A DNA stretch of 63,650 nt, the filler included, from Aduncisulcus paluster (lineage: Eukaryota), in the NCBI GenBank assembly GCA_024181965.1. It is 14 parts of 14 records of this genome, joined end to end, with 100 filler letters (N's around TTAATTAATTAA, not from the genome) between each part and the next. Parts side by side here need not be neighbours in the genome. Positions count along the whole stretch, not along the records: positions 1 to 2,423 come from BQXS01011524.1; positions 2,524 to 5,012 come from BQXS01011525.1; positions 5,113 to 10,311 come from BQXS01011526.1; positions 10,412 to 15,335 come from BQXS01011527.1; 10 more parts are not named here. One strand, written 5' to 3'. The notes under the pieces are model-generated. The model searched no databases, was not told the DNA's origin, and was given only the letters and a program-made list of their open reading frames with translations. Below are positions 1-13,400 of this stretch, one piece after another (the first letter of the stretch is position 1; the number at the start of each line of letters is the position of its first letter). The position numbers and the translations under genes are program-made.

Positions 1-2
1 TG

Positions 3-2423
3 AGCACCAGTGACATCGATGATCTTCCCACGAGCCTGGAGACGCTTACGCTGAATAACATTGACATTGCGCCGAACACTGATTTCTCGCGTCTGACGTC
101 TCTGCGTGCATTGTACTTGACTGTTGGAGCCGTTTCTTCTGGCGACTACTGGGCGACTCAGCTGTCGTCCCTGAGTCCTCTGTTCGACTCTGACAATCAC
201 TATGATGTGACTGTGCAAGGCATGTTCCCATCGTCCCTGACCACGCTTTCCATCTCTGGGCGCACGAACGTCACGTTCCCCGGGTTCTTTTCGAGTCTTG
301 CCCTGTCCGATGGGTCAGCCCTTCCCGCGCTGACGACGTTGGATCTGAGTGGCACGAGCGTGTATGACTTGTCTCCTGTGCCAGCGACTGTTACGTCATT
401 GAATGTGATGGAAGGTTTAATTGATGGGTTGGGTTACGAGTACTCATATCTTGTCAACGATAGCCGTGATCTTGGTTCAATCCCATCCACTGTAACAGAA
501 CTTACTATTGGATATACTGTTATTTCAGATTTGGATTTCATCGATAACCTCCCAACCCTTGTTAGTCTGGATCTGATGTACTGCTATATCTACGATCTTT
601 CCAAACTATCCCAAGTGAATGATACTCTTGCACATTTCAGTGCGTCCCATAGTGAGATCAACTGCAGCTTGGATGTGTTGACTGAGTTGACAAATCTGAA
701 ATATTTGGATTTATCTTATTCAACCACTGACCTTTCTGACTATCCTGATCTTTCCTCCCTTACATCTCTGACCCATCTTGACCTTCATGAGTTTAGGGGA
801 GCTGTAGACTGGTCTATCTCTTGGTTATCCTCCCTATTGAATCTGGAGTATTTGGATCTATATTCCGCAGATATTTCAGATTTTAGTAGCGATCAACTAT
901 CCAATATCGCCAATATGAAAGTAATTAATATTTATGAAGTTGGTGATACTTCCATTTCTTACTCTTTTCTCGAAAATGCTTCGAGCTTGGAATCTTTAAG
1001 CTTTGGAAGGTATAATTCTGAATGCAATGACATACCTGATATGTTTAATCTGCCCAATCTCCAACAATTGACGATGAAATGTTATACTATCGATGACTCC
1101 GATCTCCAGAATATCGCTCAATTATCTAATTTAGAGAAGTTGGACGTCAGGTCAAATTACCAAATTTCCATTTCTAATATATCCTCTCTTTATCCCCTAT
1201 CTTCTCTCAAATCTCTGCAGATCATTTGTTATAAACTTTCTGATGTATCCATCCCTTTTCTTCCCTCTCTTGAATATATCAGGCTTCCTGATTTAGACTT
1301 TGCCGTTATTCCTGATCTTTCTACAGTTCCCAAGTTGCGTGTATTTTATTGTGATGAGATTTCAGATATCTCAAATTTATCCACTGCTTCTGCCCTTCAA
1401 TCAATCACCATTTATTCATACTTCTTCCAAGATGCCACACAGCTTTCAACTGTTCTCTCCTTCTTATCAAGCATGATGGAACTTAGAATAATGGTCGATA
1501 ATCCAGTATCATTCGATCTGGGCTCCATCACGAGTCTAAAATATCTAGAGATATTTGGAACGTGGAATGACATGTCTGACGCCATTCTTCCTTCAAATGT
1601 AAGAGAGTGTATTATGTATAGTCTTGAACTCACCACACCTCCAGACTTGTCATCATTGACCAGTCTTCAGGTTCTTTACCTTGAAAGCAATTATTCTCTT
1701 TCTGACATCTCTTTCCTTTCAGCCGAATCCTGTCCTTCATGCTCTTCTCTGAAGGAATTGCATCTTCATTATAATTCCATTGAGGACATCTCTCCTCTCA
1801 GTGGGATGACATCTCTTGAGTGGTTGGAATTGGATCAAAATTCTATCTCTGATATCTCTCCTCTTTGCAATATTGAAGCATTGAATTATCTAGATATCTC
1901 CGACAATTGTATTACTGATCTATCACCACTTTCACAACATGAAAGTTTATATTATCTTGATATTTCAGATAATTCTGTTTCTGCTCTCACAGTTCTTTCA
2001 AGTCTTCCAGGGTTATTGGTTTTGTCAGCGTACAGCAATGATATTACAGATATTTCCCCATTAGAATCTCCTATTTCACTAAAATATTTGGATTTAAGTT
2101 CGAATAATCTTACGGATATTACATCGATAGAATATCTTCCGTCATTGAGTGTTTTGGATTTATCTGGTAATTTAATTTCTGATGTTTCATCCCTTTCTTC
2201 TTTAGTTTCACTCAACTTCTTGTTTTTGAACGATAACAATATTGTTGACGCATCTCCTTTATCAACACTCACCTCTCTTGTCTATCTATTTATTTCAGAT
2301 AATGAAATTGCGATATTCGACGGTTTGGGACAAAATTCCTTGAAATATTTGGATGCATCTAACAATTATCTTTCAGATATTTCATTCCTCAATTCCATGG
2401 ATCAACTTTTGTATCTTTATATT
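3..2423 (+). CDS. Leucine-rich-repeat (internalin-like LRR) protein, partial at both ends
   Basis: The frame is open from base 3 (STSDIDDLPTSLETLTLNNIDIAPNTDFSRL...) to the linker. It has many 22-aa LxxLxLxxNxIxDIxPL repeats. The N-terminal part resembles NTDLGYLPLSLVELSLEAVYLDADSDFS in the 10412-15335 protein. Confidence 0.9.
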
Positions 2424-2523
2424 NNNNNNNNNNNNNNNNNNNNNNNNNNNNNNNNNNNNNNNNNNNNTTAATTAATTAANNNNNNNNNNNNNNNNNNNNN
2501 NNNNNNNNNNNNNNNNNNNNNNN
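2424..2523. other. Artificial contig linker N44-TTAATTAATTAA-N44 (stops in all six frames), first of 13
   Basis: Identical 100-nt spacers start at 2424, 5013, 10312, 15336, 20243, 25344, 28517, 41606, 47081, 49641, 53232, 55757 and 60994. Confidence 0.99.
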
Positions 2524-2758
2524 CCTTGATGACCTGTTACAACAAGCACATCAACTCCAGAAAAACGAAACTTATGCAGCCTATATGTGGAACGCTTTCA
2601 GAGAACATAAATGGTCTGAGATGGGCGACCTTTATATTGTGCTGAGTTCTCTATCATTTTATTTTTTCTATTTTCCATTGATTTTGACTCAATACATGCA
2701 ATTTATCCCATTTTCTACGACATTTCTTCGTTTTCTATGGATTTTGAAAAGTGGAATT

Positions 2759-2783
2759 CTAAAAATAGAATTTCTAAAAATAG
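2759..2783 (+). promoter_or_regulatory. Tandem pair of CTAAAAATAG elements (MEF2/MADS-type consensus)
   Basis: Exact CTAAAAATAG at 2759-2768 and 2774-2783. The same 10-mer recurs in other intergenic regions. Confidence 0.4.
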
Positions 2784-3329
2784 AAATGTAAAAAATATTT
2801 TTGTTCCTTTCGCGTCATACGTGTCATTTATATTGGATTTTCTTCCCAGAAGTTGTGATTTATGGTAGTTTTGAATATTCTGAAATCGTGTTGAATAGTT
2901 TGATTGTCTATAGTTTCGGTTCCAATTAAACATATATTCTGGGCTGATTGAGAGATATTTGTTTTCACAAGGAAGTGTTTAGAACGTTATCTCCATCAAT
3001 ATGAAGTCCTTTAAAAGATAAATAAACCACGAACTGCTGTTCGTTGACTTTCTTCTTCAAATGGAAAGGGAATTGAGATTCCAAAATATTTATTGCTTCA
3101 ATTCGACAAGAATGAGGAACCAAGCGATTTTCCACACTATTTTACTCGAATAAACCCTCAATGAAAGGATATGAATGCCCATATGGGCATTGCCCATCAT
3201 ACAATCATTGTATTACATGAAAGAATTGATGATCAATGATGAGCCTCATAATGAGGAAGTATAACAGATGATTCAACATAATTTCAACAAAAATTTGAAT
3301 TATACGACTCTTGTTCAAGAATATATAAG

Positions 3330-5012
3330 TTAAATTTTGCGTTTGCTTTCCTGGATAGCTCTTTTGAACATATTATTAGCAACAATAACCCTTTCTTTCC
3401 TATTTAAAGGAATTGGAAGATTTTGAGCGAGTGGTGATAAACCCGAATCGAGTAGTTTTGGCATGACATGACTAAGAATGGATAGTCTAGCATACGTGCG
3501 AGGATATTTTACCACAGCATCATTCATTTCAAGCCGCTGAATATACAACGCATCTTCCCACTCGTGAACACATTTCGTCAGCGAGAGATGGTCCCCACAG
3601 CCAAGCAAGAAGGATTGACGTTCGACAGAAATCCCATGACCGAAGTAATCTACGAGCGACACGAATGATCGATCAACGTATCGAAGAGAATGAGTAACGA
3701 TGTTCAAAAGATACGTCTTGGCTTGATCGACATTTCCACAGCCAGCTTCGTGTATGAAGCCAACATAACAAACACGAGCAAAACAATCCTCGGCATCATA
3801 ACCCTTTTCAATGGACCTACCAGATAATAGTGCCGATAAAGATGTTGAAACAGATTCTGATACAGAAGTTGTGGATTTTAGTTTGCCGGAGGAAGAATCA
3901 ATATTCATCCTTTCATAAATCAGTCTTCGTTTCAGTAATTGACACGAACGAAGAATACACGCCGATGCAGAGAAAGGCAAAGAAAACACGGCCCCAACAA
4001 TACTTTGAAGAACAAGGAGAGACGATACATTAGAAGAGGGGATAAAATGATCTGACACTGACTCTAAATCGGTTTTTTCAATCGAGAGATCTGATATCTT
4101 TCCTCGCTGTTTTGTTATGTAACCGTGTAACATCCTTTCGAGGAAAGTAATGAGAGTGTCAGCACTTTTGACAACCCCAGAATCTCTTGCATCACTCACA
4201 AAAGAACCAGAATCAGAGGAACCAGAATCAGAGGAACTGAGAGATGATCGGTCAAGTTGAGCCTGAAATACACATTTAGCATAGCTCCAAACCCGATCCA
4301 TACCACCCAACGCACCCTTTGCAAGCCAATTAAGCATGTGAGAATGGAGCAGAGTCATCGATACATCCTTCTCAAGTTCAGAGAGGTTGAAATAGAGAGA
4401 AGGAATGAAAGGAGATTCGCGTATCGTGGATAATGTGGGAGTAAAAGTACTAGATTTGGATGGAACTGATTGCAACGATCCACTATATCCACACTGTGCA
4501 CACACAATATCTTGCCGAAGTTTCCACAGCATGACACTGCCACTCAAAAGGCCACACGCTGACTGAATTTCACAGATAAATGTGTATAAATAATTTAGAA
4601 TAATTTTGATTGTCCCTTTGCCTCGCATTTTGAGAAGGTTTTCCTCTATGAATGTTTTCTCTCGTTTTTTTCTTCCAACAGATTTTTCTTCACTCAAAGT
4701 ATCATATATCTTCCTAATACAAGCCTGAATAGTATCATTTTTATCTATTTTTAGCCCTTGAGAAATTGCGATAAGAACAAGATCAAGCTGACACAACCCA
4801 ACCATCGCACATTCGAGGAGAATTCCAATACAGATTTCCAAAGATGACGATATAATATGAAACAAATAGCCAGATTTCACAAAGGACTTTGAACCTGATC
4901 TTGATGTTGAGGGATTTGACACACTCTCAGAATCAGGATTCAAAAGGACCATTTGCTGAGCAATGTAAGAATAGGGCTTTGGTAATCCATGACTATTGGA
5001 TGCAATTCCATT
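3330..5012 (-). CDS. Hypothetical protein, 5'-partial
   Basis: The 540-aa ORF stays open upstream of the ATG at 4952 to the contig end. I recognise no domain. Confidence 0.75.
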   Translation of the reverse strand, partial: NGIASNSHGLPKPYSYIAQQMVLLNPDSESVSNPSTSRSGSKSFVKSGYLFHIISSSLEICIGILLECAMVGLCQLDLVLIAISQGLKIDKNDTIQACIRKIYDTLSEEKSVGRKKREKTFIEENLLKMRGKGTIKIILNYLYTFICEIQSACGLLSGSVMLWKLRQDIVCAQCGYSGSLQSVPSKSSTFTPTLSTIRESPFIPSLYFNLSELEKDVSMTLLHSHMLNWLAKGALGGMDRVWSYAKCVFQAQLDRSSLSSSDSGSSDSGSFVSDARDSGVVKSADTLITFLERMLHGYITKQRGKISDLSIEKTDLESVSDHFIPSSNVSSLLVLQSIVGAVFSLPFSASACILRSCQLLKRRLIYERMNIDSSSGKLKSTTSVSESVSTSLSALLSGRSIEKGYDAEDCFARVCYVGFIHEAGCGNVDQAKTYLLNIVTHSLRYVDRSFVSLVDYFGHGISVERQSFLLGCGDHLSLTKCVHEWEDALYIQRLEMNDAVVKYPRTYARLSILSHVMPKLLDSGLSPLAQNLPIPLNRKERVIVANNMFKRAIQESKRKI

Positions 5013-5112
5013 NNNNNNNNNNNNNNNNNNNNNNNNNNNNNNNNNNNNNNNNNNNNTTAATTAATTAANNNNNNNNNNNNNNNNNNNNNNNNNNNNNNNN
5101 NNNNNNNNNNNN

Positions 5113-5995
5113 GTCCATGATCGGAACCCACTGTCACCATGGAGGGGTTCTCGTCAAGGGAGAGAAAATAACGCTGAGTGCATGTGGATTTCATTTCTTC
5201 GAGAGAACAAGGACGAGGGAGAATGGCAATGAAATCTTGATCATGACCAGAGATAATTCCACTCTGAAGATAGTATGGTAATATTTTGAAGGTCTTTAGC
5301 CACATCAATGCCTCACTTGAGAAGAATATATCATTTCCAGTGAATATTTCTAAACCATCGGCAGCAGAAACAGCCATTTCATGGGCTCTGAGCAAAATCA
5401 AACCAATAGAAGCAGCTGTACCAGCTGTTATGAATTGAAGTTCATTATCTTTCTTCCAACTCTTGAGTAAATCGGTCAAACGACCACCTCCTGGGAAACT
5501 GACAGAAGAAGGGGAGAGACCAGGGAGAAAAGGAGAGAATCGCAGAAGCTTGGAAGTGACGGGAACAATACCTTCAAGCTTAAGGGATTTGGAACTGGTA
5601 TCCCACATCAATAATTCTTTTCCAAGCTCTTGTATTGTGAAATTCTGAGTGGGAGTGGAAGAATACCTTGATGAAGAAGAAGTTGATGATGAGGAAAGTT
5701 GCATTTTAACATGGTAAGCCACTTTTAACAAGTTGATTTCTCTCAATAAAAGCTTACCATCGCCAAAGAATGATGTTTCTTCGATTCGATTGCGACACAC
5801 AGGACAAGTGGGTTGCGTTGACTTCCAGCGTCGTATACATTCTGAATGAAATACGTGTTCACATCCAAGTTGGAAACAATTCTTTTCACAGAGCAATCCA
5901 AAGCAAATTGGACAAGATTCAAGGTGTTTGTTAGAAAGGGCTCCACACAAGGCAATATCAACAGGGGGTTCAATAGAATCGAAAAATGGATCCAT
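5113..5995 (-). CDS. RING-H2 finger protein (putative E3 ligase), 3'-partial
   Basis: CPICFGLLCEKNCFQLGCEHVFHSECIRRWKSTQPTCPVCR fits the C3H2C3 RING-H2 pattern. The ORF runs into the linker. Confidence 0.85.
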
Positions 5996-6691
5996 TCACA
6001 AAAAATGGCAAATAAAATGTTTGAATATTGGAACAAATAACTGAGTTAGAGCGAATAAAAATAAATTGGAGGTATATGGATTAGGTTCATTATGTCTAGT
6101 GTGTAAATGCTATTTATATTAGATATTGATTAATTTTTGGGCGGTTTTCTTTTTCCCAAAACTCGCAGTATTCGAAGATGGAGGATGTTTTTTTCTGCGA
6201 CACTGATGGGTCTTCTTTGGCTATGTTAAGTGCAATGGGGGTGTAATACGAATCTAAATCACATGGAAAAGGGTCAATTGTTGATTCATCTATGTATCTG
6301 GATGTTCCTGGCTCATTCAAAATTTTCAAAAAACAATGTAACAGACTTTACTGCGATGGAAAATACAACAAATACTAAATTGCTATTCTGATAAAATATA
6401 AAAGAAATATTCGAATCATCGGAATACCATAGAACAATCCCATTCTGGCACGATCGCAAAAAAATATGAAAGAACCTATAGTTCGGTTGTAGAATGGTCG
6501 CAAATTGTAAAAAGATAACAAAACAAACAATAATAAAGGAAAAAAGGATAAATATGGTATTGATTAAAGTTTTTTTATGATCAAACGTCGCACAGAACCA
6601 GAAGAATTTTCAATGGGTTGACAATTAACTCTGAAAGAAAATATTATGATTCTACTAATAACTAATTGTTTTAATTTCAATTGAAATGTTT

Positions 6692-9600
6692 CTATCTTTC
6701 TTTTCTCTTCATTAGATCTTGGGACAATATCTCGAGTGCGAGACGTTCAGACTTTCTCAAACTCCCTTCTCGGACCATTCTTTCGCCAATTTGAATTGAT
6801 GGGGATATCAAAAGAGTATCTTGAATTCTTGGATCCAGTGAGGAAGAGGAGGAAGAAGAGGAACGAATATATGAAGACTTTGGCCGAGTTCTTTGGATAG
6901 ATCCTCGAGAGGAGTTGACAACATTAATTGAACTATTGCCAGTGCTCTGAGGACGCATTAGTCGACGATTCTTCATCCCAACTCTTCCATTTCCTATACT
7001 GTCAGCAGTCTGAGGTCTCTTTCTTCTACTTAATGGAGGATGGGGGACAAAGGAAGAGGAGGAAGAGGAGGAAGAGGAGGAAGAGGAGGAAGAGGAGGAA
7101 GAGGCTGGACGGAGAGAAGGAGGAAGAGAAGGAGTGGAAACAGCAGAACGGGAGGAGGGTAATGAGGAAGAAGGAGAGGAAGAAGGACGATTTGGAACCT
7201 TTGATTGACGTAAACGAAGAATAGCACGTTCCTCGGGTGTCATATGTGTTAGAATCCGACTCAGATTGTTCCCAGAGAACCTTGACGACTGGCAGAAATA
7301 GACAGAATGAGGATCAGTTAAGAAAGAGTACTGAGGAGTGTGGAAAAATGGGTTGATTCGATCATCAAACCCTTGTTCCCTTTGTTTTTGACGCTGTTTC
7401 TTCACTTTTTCACCCTTTTTCGCCCCTGTATTCACCGAAGATGTCCCTGGGAGCACAGAAAGAGGAGTAAATGCCATCGGAGATGTGCTGGACTTTGGAG
7501 GAGGAGGAAGAGGCTGGACGGAGAGAAGGAGGAAGAGAAGGAGTGGAAACAGCAGAACGGGAGGAGGGTAATGAGGAAGAAGGAGAGGAAGAAGGACGAT
7601 TTGGAACCTTTGATTGACGTAAACGAAGAATAGCACGTTCCTCGGGTGTCATATGTGTTAGAATCCGACTCAGATTGTTCCCAGAGAACCTTGACGACTG
7701 GCAGAAATAGACAGAATGAGGATCAGTTAAGAAAGAGTACTGAGGAGTGTGGAAAAATGGGTTGATTCGATCATCAAACCCTTGTTCCCTTTGTTTTTGA
7801 CGCTGTTTCTTCACTTTTTCACCCTTTTTCGCCCCTGTATTCACCGAAGATGTCCCTGGGAGCACAGAAAGAGGAGTAAATGCCATCGGAGATGTGCTGG
7901 ACTTTGGAGGAGGAGGAGGAGGAAGAGGAGGAAGAGGAGGAAGAGGAGGAAGAGGCTGGACGGAGAGAAGGAGGAAGAGAAGGAGTGGAAACAGCAGAAC
8001 GGGAGGAGGGTAATGAGGAAGAAGGAGAGGAAGAAGGACGATTTGGAACCTTTGATTGACGTAAACGAAGAATAGCACGTTCCTCGGGTGTCATATGTGT
8101 TAGAATCCGACTCAGATTGTTCCCAGAGAACCTTGACGACTGGCAGAAATAGACAGAATGAGGATCAGTTAAGAAAGAGTACTGAGGAGTGTGGAAAAAT
8201 GGGTTGATTCGATCATCAAACCCTTGTTCCCTTTGTTTTTGACGCTGTTTCTTCACTTTTTCACCCTTTTTCGCCCCTGTATTCACCGAAGATGTCCCTG
8301 GGAGCACAGAAAGAGGAAGAGGGAAGAGGAGGGAGGAAGAGGCTGGACGGAGAGAAGGAGGAAGAGAAGGAGTGGAAACAGCAGAACGGGAGGAGGGTAA
8401 TGAGGAAGAAGGAGAGGAAGAAGGACGATTTGGAACCTTTGATTGACGTAAACGAAGAATAGCACGTTCCTCGGGTGTCATATGTGTTAGAATCCGACTC
8501 AGATTGTTCCCAGAGAACCTTGACGACTGGCAGAAATAGACAGAATGAGGATCAGTTAAGAAAGAGTACTGAGGAGTGTGGAAAAATGGGTTGATTCGAT
8601 CATCAAACCCTTGTTCCCTTTGTTTTTGACGCTGTTTCTTCACTTTTTCACCCTTTTTCGCCCCTGTATTCACCGAAGATGTCCCTGGGAGCACAGAAAG
8701 AGGAGTAAATGCCATCGGAGATGTGCTGGACTTTGGAGGAGGAGGAGGAGGAGGAAAAGATAAGGATGATGATGAACCATATATACTCCTACCCTGTGGA
8801 TGGGAAGAAGCGGGAGCAAGGGAACTGTGGAGACTTCCGCTTCGTTCAGATCCTTTGATCTCAAGTTCCCTTGTCATATTACGCATGAACTCACGGTCTG
8901 ATCTCATTTGTTCTTGGTGTCTCCTCTCTTGGATCCATGTATCCGTGCCAATCTCAACACGGGGAATCCTTGAATGGGGCTCTGAGATGAGAGCAGCACC
9001 GGGAGGAGAGGGGAAAGCAGGTGTATGAGCAAAGGAAGAGATGGACGGATGTTGGGGATTCTTCTGGCTTTGGTGGGAACGGCGGGAAGATGGGATAGTT
9101 GAGGCTGAGGAAGGACGAACGGAAGCAGCGGAAGTGGTGGTAGAATGAGAACCGGTACCTACCGGTGTCGTGGCGGCGATTATATCAACCGGATGGAAAG
9201 GGTTAACTTCTCTTGGGCTACGTGGTTTTATCTCGGATAGACTAGAAGCATGATCTTCAAGGGATCGAGAAAACACCATTTCAGAGAGAGTTGGATCCTC
9301 ACTAGCTAAATTACGAATCATCCCACATTTTTCAGAACGGAACACTCCCTTTTCACTTTTAATGACAAGATTCCTATCCCTATCACATATTTCGGGTGGT
9401 ATCTGACGAATAAGGTCTCGAACTTCCTGGATTTCTTGTGATTGTTGGATCAATGGGTTTTTCAAAGCATTGAAATACTTCTTTCTCGCCTTATAATGAA
9501 CATGACCTAGAGCAACTGTTGATAACGTTTTCTTCTGTTTCTTTCCTTTCTTACGTTTCTTTTTGGCTACTCTTTTCTTGATGGTATGTCTAATCGAATC

Positions 9601-10311
9601 TGTAGTATCGTTTTCCTTATGGGTATTTGCAGAAGCAGAGCGGGACTCAGGTTGTTCTTTACCAGCAATACAGGACTTCACAGCATAAACACCTCCTTCT
9701 TTTGGAATAGGAGGAGGAGGAGGAGGAGGAGGAAGAGGAAGAGGAAGAAGCAGTGTGAGTATACTCGTCAGTGTGGTCAACAACTTTCATCTCTGGTCTT
9801 GACTCCTCTTGACTTGCAGTTTTGAGCTTCTTCATCTTCTTATCTGCTCTTTCTTGCTCCTTCGTGTGTTCAGAGAGAAGAGCAGAGATGTGAGATGAAG
9901 AGTCAATGGATATTGTCTTGTTAAGAGAAGAGGAAGGAAAAGGAGGAGGAGGAGGAGGAGAGAAAGACTGTTCCTCTTCTTCTTCTTCTTCATGGCCAAT
10001 GTTGCTCTTGACCACATCATCTCCCACTTCTGCTATTCCTTGCATATCCATAAGGTCCAGATCTCCCATTGTTTCCTTATGTTGTTGTTCAGAGGATGTG
10101 ACAGGTGATGCATCAAATGGAGTGACTTCAAGAACATCATTGGGAGAACCCATACCTCCATCAATTTCAATATCTTGCAGGGGCACTCTTTCTCTCTCTT
10201 CCATGTCTTCTCTCTTGAGGAAAGAGTTAGACGAATCGCTGGTCTTTGGAGTCCTCTTCTTCTTGGAGTAAATGCCATCGGAGATGTGCTGGACTTTGGA
10301 GGAGGAGGAGG
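6692..10311 (-). CDS. Ser/Pro-rich low-complexity protein, split over ORFs 9659-10204, 7819-9783 and 6692-7636 by probable mis-assembly
   Basis: The frame switches fall in (GGA/GAA)n microsatellites, and one block of about 0.4 kb appears four times. Confidence 0.65.
7095..8755. repeat. Four near-identical tandem copies of a 390-440 bp unit bounded by GGA-rich microsatellites
   Basis: GAAGAGGCTGGACGGAGAGAAGG recurs near 7099, 7508, 7950 and 8337. Copies differ mainly at the microsatellite junctions. A fragment also ends the contig at about 10265-10311. Confidence 0.9.
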
Positions 10312-10411
10312 NNNNNNNNNNNNNNNNNNNNNNNNNNNNNNNNNNNNNNNNNNNNTTAATTAATTAANNNNNNNNNNNNNNNNNNNNNNNNNNNNNNNNN
10401 NNNNNNNNNNN

Positions 10412-13400
10412 TAAATCGGGAAGGAGCGTGATGTTGGAATTGGAATCTAAATTTAGAGACAGAAGGTGAGAAAGATGCATCAAAGAATCGAGGCAGGCAG
10501 GCGAAACAGCCGTATTCAAATTGTTTAAACTCAGGTCAAAACTAGTGATTTCAGTGATGTGTTCAATTCCAGTCAAATCAGTTATACCCATACTTGGACA
10601 GGATAATACTGGGGAATATACACCGTAACCATCATCAACAGATACAAGAGTTTTTAACGAAGCAACACTGAAAAGGGAAGGAGAGGTAGCTGTTCTGTGA
10701 GTGTAATCAGGATTTCCATTAGAATCTGTGCCAAACATATCAGCAACACAATCATGCAAGTTCTCATCAACGATTACTTGCTGACACGATGTTGAAGTTG
10801 AGGTTGAGTCATATCTGCACTCATATCCATACTCACACCCGCCAGAGCATCCAAATCTACCATCACCATTATCTGGGGAAGTACATGAAAAGTCCTCAGC
10901 AGATGTGTATGACGTGAATGAATCACTGGCACACACAACATACCATGTGTTAGATCCAGGTTTTGTCTCACTGCAGACCTTGTTGGCATCGAGTGGAGTC
11001 GAGCCGAGGTCATCAGAGGAACATATACAATCTTGCCCAGAAGCACTAACTGTTGCAGGAGAAAACTTAGATGCAAGGAAAGTCTCAATTGCACTATCAC
11101 CATCATCACCATCACAGATATAATTATTGGACAAGTCAAGACTGATCCAAGAACTATTGCTGGACAAAGCATACAACGGGGAAGGATCGGATATCCCTGT
11201 TGATGAGAGGTCGAGAGAGGTGAGAAGTGAAAGTGAAGCAAAGGCACTGAGAGAGGATGAAGTCGGGATGTTTGAGGCATTGCTCACATCAAGAGACACA
11301 AGATTCGTGAGATTGGAGATGGTTGAGAAACTCGTCAGTGAGGAACAGTTGTTTGCAGTCAAGGTCGTGATTGATGTTGGAATGGAAGAGAAAGATGACA
11401 ATGCAGTGTAACTAACATCAAGAGATGTGAAAGATGAAGAAGATGATGAAGATGAGGATGGGAATAGGGCAGAATTTGTCAAATCATACGAAGAATTGTT
11501 CTTCAAGGAGAGTGTTGTAAGATTGGGGAAGATAGAGAAGTCACTATCAGCATCAAGATAGACAGCCTCAAGAGACAACTCAACGAGGGACAAAGGAAGG
11601 TATCCAAGATCAGTATTCCCAATGGACACAGAACTAGACGAAGTGCCAGAGATAGACAAAGACGTGAGGTTCACAGCAGATTGAAGACCTTCAAAGGAGT
11701 CCACAATGGAAGCACTCACAGAGGTCACGGTTGCCATGTCTGAAAGAGTCAGATCATCACAGGAGGAATCGTGAGCACTTGGATTAACGACAGCCAGACA
11801 TACGGCACTTCGAAGGTTGGAATCGGGAATGTCAACATATTCACAAGAATCTCCATGGAAGCCAAATGAACATCCACATGAGATATCTGATGAGTTGAGA
11901 TCAAGAATCGGAACAAAGATATCTTTCCTCTCACATACTTGGCAACGAATGGAATCTGCTGAGGAAACAGCTTCAACACACGAATTAGTTTCTTTATCCA
12001 AGAAGTACCCATTCCAGCACTCAACTTGATAATAACCATTTGAACGTTTGCGACAGGTCTTGTGAGAAGAAAATGATACATCAGCCCCTTCAGAACATGG
12101 ACATGTGGATTGACTTGTTGCATTAATTTTAAAGTCAATGTTTGTGAAATGCGATTGCAGCATCGTCACGACATTATCAATGTCACAGATGCTATTGCCA
12201 CTGATGTCAAGGGTTGTGAGAACATCTTCGGGGAACATGGAAGATGTGATGAGAACAGACACATCTGAGATGTTGTTATCAGAAAGATTCAATGTCGAAA
12301 GCTTAAATGGTCTTGTTGATTGATCAATTTCAGAAATAGAAGAAAGTTCCAAAACATCTTCAATACTCTCAATTCCGCAACTTTCAAGGTTCAAAGTAGT
12401 AAGACCAGAATGAACGGAATATATTGCATCATCGAGGGTATATTCGTAATCAATCGCTTTGGCCAAAGTTTTAATTACAAATTTATCATATTCATCACCA
12501 TCTGTTGATATATTATAATTATAAATGCTCAAAGTTGTTAATGCACTAATGAATTCAATTCCTCGAAGAGAGCTAATTGGATTACTATCTGATACATCAA
12601 CACTCAAAGAACATCCATTATCACATTCAATGTCTCTTAAACTTGCAACACTAATTGGAGCTGTTGATTGAGTTGCAATATCGATCCATCCTGAAATAAT
12701 CGTATTTCGAAGGTATTCATCATGAATTGTTGAACAAACAAGAACATTTTGAACATATTGTTGTTTTGAAATAGCGTTACATTCAATTATGCCAAGATCA
12801 ACATTATATATCTCATTATTCACAATGCTCGGACACAAGTCGGATGAAGAACAATTCAATTCTTCAGCATTAAGTGTACAAACATTATTTGTATCAACAT
12901 CATTCAGGAGAGGGAATATTGAGGAAAGATATGAATCAAATTCTTGATCATCTTCAGTTCTGCATAAAGGAATAGAACTAGAAACGGTGGAATTTGATAG
13001 AGTAAGTATTTCAAGACCAAAATTTGCGTATAACAAAGAAATATCAGAAAGAGTTGTAAATCCATATAGGACAATGGAATTAAGCCGAGTTAGAGAGTAT
13101 CCGATTGAGGAAAGGTTTGGCATAATCATGTTATTTTGATCAGAATACATATAAAACTCGTACAATTCAGGATGTTCAGCAACAGGGGCAATGCTATAGA
13201 TAGATGTAGAATTATTGATACTTATCAAATTTACATTATATATATATTCTACTCCACCTATGTTTGAAATGCCTCGATCACTAACAAATATAGAATTGTC
13301 TTCAAAGAAAGAAACATCTGCCAGTTCAAATTCAGATATATCGCACAAGATAAAGCCATATCCATGAATTGAACATATTTCTTGTCTGAACAACTCGTCT

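Noticed and set aside
2468-2479. TTAATTAATTAA as a biological repeat or CRISPR-like unit
   Set aside because: It is always centred in N runs and is a standard six-frame-stop linker.
3330-5995. RING ORF and the 540-aa ORF being one gene
   Set aside because: Orientation is compatible, but they lie on different contigs with no sequence overlap.
7095-8755. Biological tandem domain expansion
   Set aside because: Copies appear identical, join at GGA microsatellites and break the frame, which is typical of assembly graph loops.
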